This document shows positions 31,794-32,000 of a DNA stretch of 32,000 nt, in pieces. Position numbers and translations under genes: made by a program. The stretch spans positions 480,001-512,000 of the forward strand of contig NC_000854.2 of NCBI RefSeq assembly GCF_000011125.1, given 5' to 3'. Origin of the DNA: Aeropyrum pernix K1 (GTDB lineage: Archaea > Thermoproteota > Thermoprotei_A > Sulfolobales > Acidilobaceae). The notes under the pieces were generated by a model. It was not told the DNA's origin. It saw nothing but the letters and a program-made list of their open reading frames with translations, and searched no databases. How positions within the stretch are numbered: position 1 is the stretch's first letter; each line of letters starts with the position of its first letter.

Positions 31794-32000
31794 ATGCACC
31801 AGAAAATAGAACTACCCTGTGAATATGCAGCTAAGAATATATTCCCGTCGATACGTGCAAGCATAGCAAAGATACTAGTAGAGGAGTATAAGATGAGCAA
31901 GTATAGCGTTGCTAAGATGCTTGGCGCCACGCCGACTGCCGTTTCATACTATATATCCGGCAAAAGAGGTGAGAAGTTCGTCGACAGGATAATTCGCGAC
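31794..32000 (+). CDS. HTH transcriptional regulator (COG2522-like), 5' part only; runs off the window
   Basis: Manual translation gives MHQKIELPCEYAAKNIFPSIRASIAKILVEEYKMSKYSVAKMLGATPTAVSYYISGKRGEKF. It is not in the ORF track because there is no stop inside the window. Confidence 0.7.
   Translation, partial: MHQKIELPCEYAAKNIFPSIRASIAKILVEEYKMSKYSVAKMLGATPTAVSYYISGKRGEKFVDRIIRD

Noticed and set aside
1-32000. CRISPR arrays, rRNA genes, IS transposases and long tandem repeats
   Set aside because: I saw no regularly spaced direct repeats, no rRNA-like sequence and no transposase-like ORF anywhere in the window.

Overview
The window looks like a high-GC hyperthermophilic crenarchaeal chromosome. 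The Fe/Mn superoxide dismutase, the intein-containing KaiC-like ATPase, the PGI/PMI and the two-CxxC disulfide oxidoreductase match Aeropyrum pernix as I remember it. This is from memory, not a search. All family calls rest on motifs read in the translations; no database search was possible.

The window has two parts.

(1) 1 to ~11.96 kb is the right arm of an integrated virus-like element.
- Three small winged-helix regulators sit around a repeat-dense divergent promoter.
- A minus-strand block encodes orphan secreted or membrane proteins, including a GH99-like glycosidase with a disrupted N-terminus and a small two-helix capsid-like protein.
- A plus-strand block encodes a membrane protein, an acidic protein, a P-loop ATPase, a membrane protein and the N-terminal fragment of an SSV-type integrase.
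- The integrase fragment reads antisense through tRNA-Leu(UAA) at 11919-12006, which marks attR. The left end, with attL and int(C), lies outside the window.
- Two inducible proviruses (APSV1 and APOV1) are described for A. pernix K1, so this element may be one of them rather than new.

(2) 12.0-32 kb is tightly packed host core.
- Acyl-CoA dehydrogenase, SOD, and a KaiC-like ATPase interrupted by a 468-aa intein.
- An NMD3, aIF1A, Rio1 and KH(Dim2) cluster.
- A hydroxyacid dehydrogenase and a geranylgeranyl-reductase-like flavoprotein.
- An isolated HEPN-MNT toxin-antitoxin pair flanked by two unusually long ORF-poor spacers.
- An SDR epimerase, an HAD phosphatase, an aminopropyltransferase, PGI/PMI, a DUF373-like membrane protein and SRP19.
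- A well-formed candidate C/D box sRNA, two orphan ORFs, the disulfide oxidoreductase and a partial HTH regulator.

I found no CRISPR array, no rRNA and no IS transposase.
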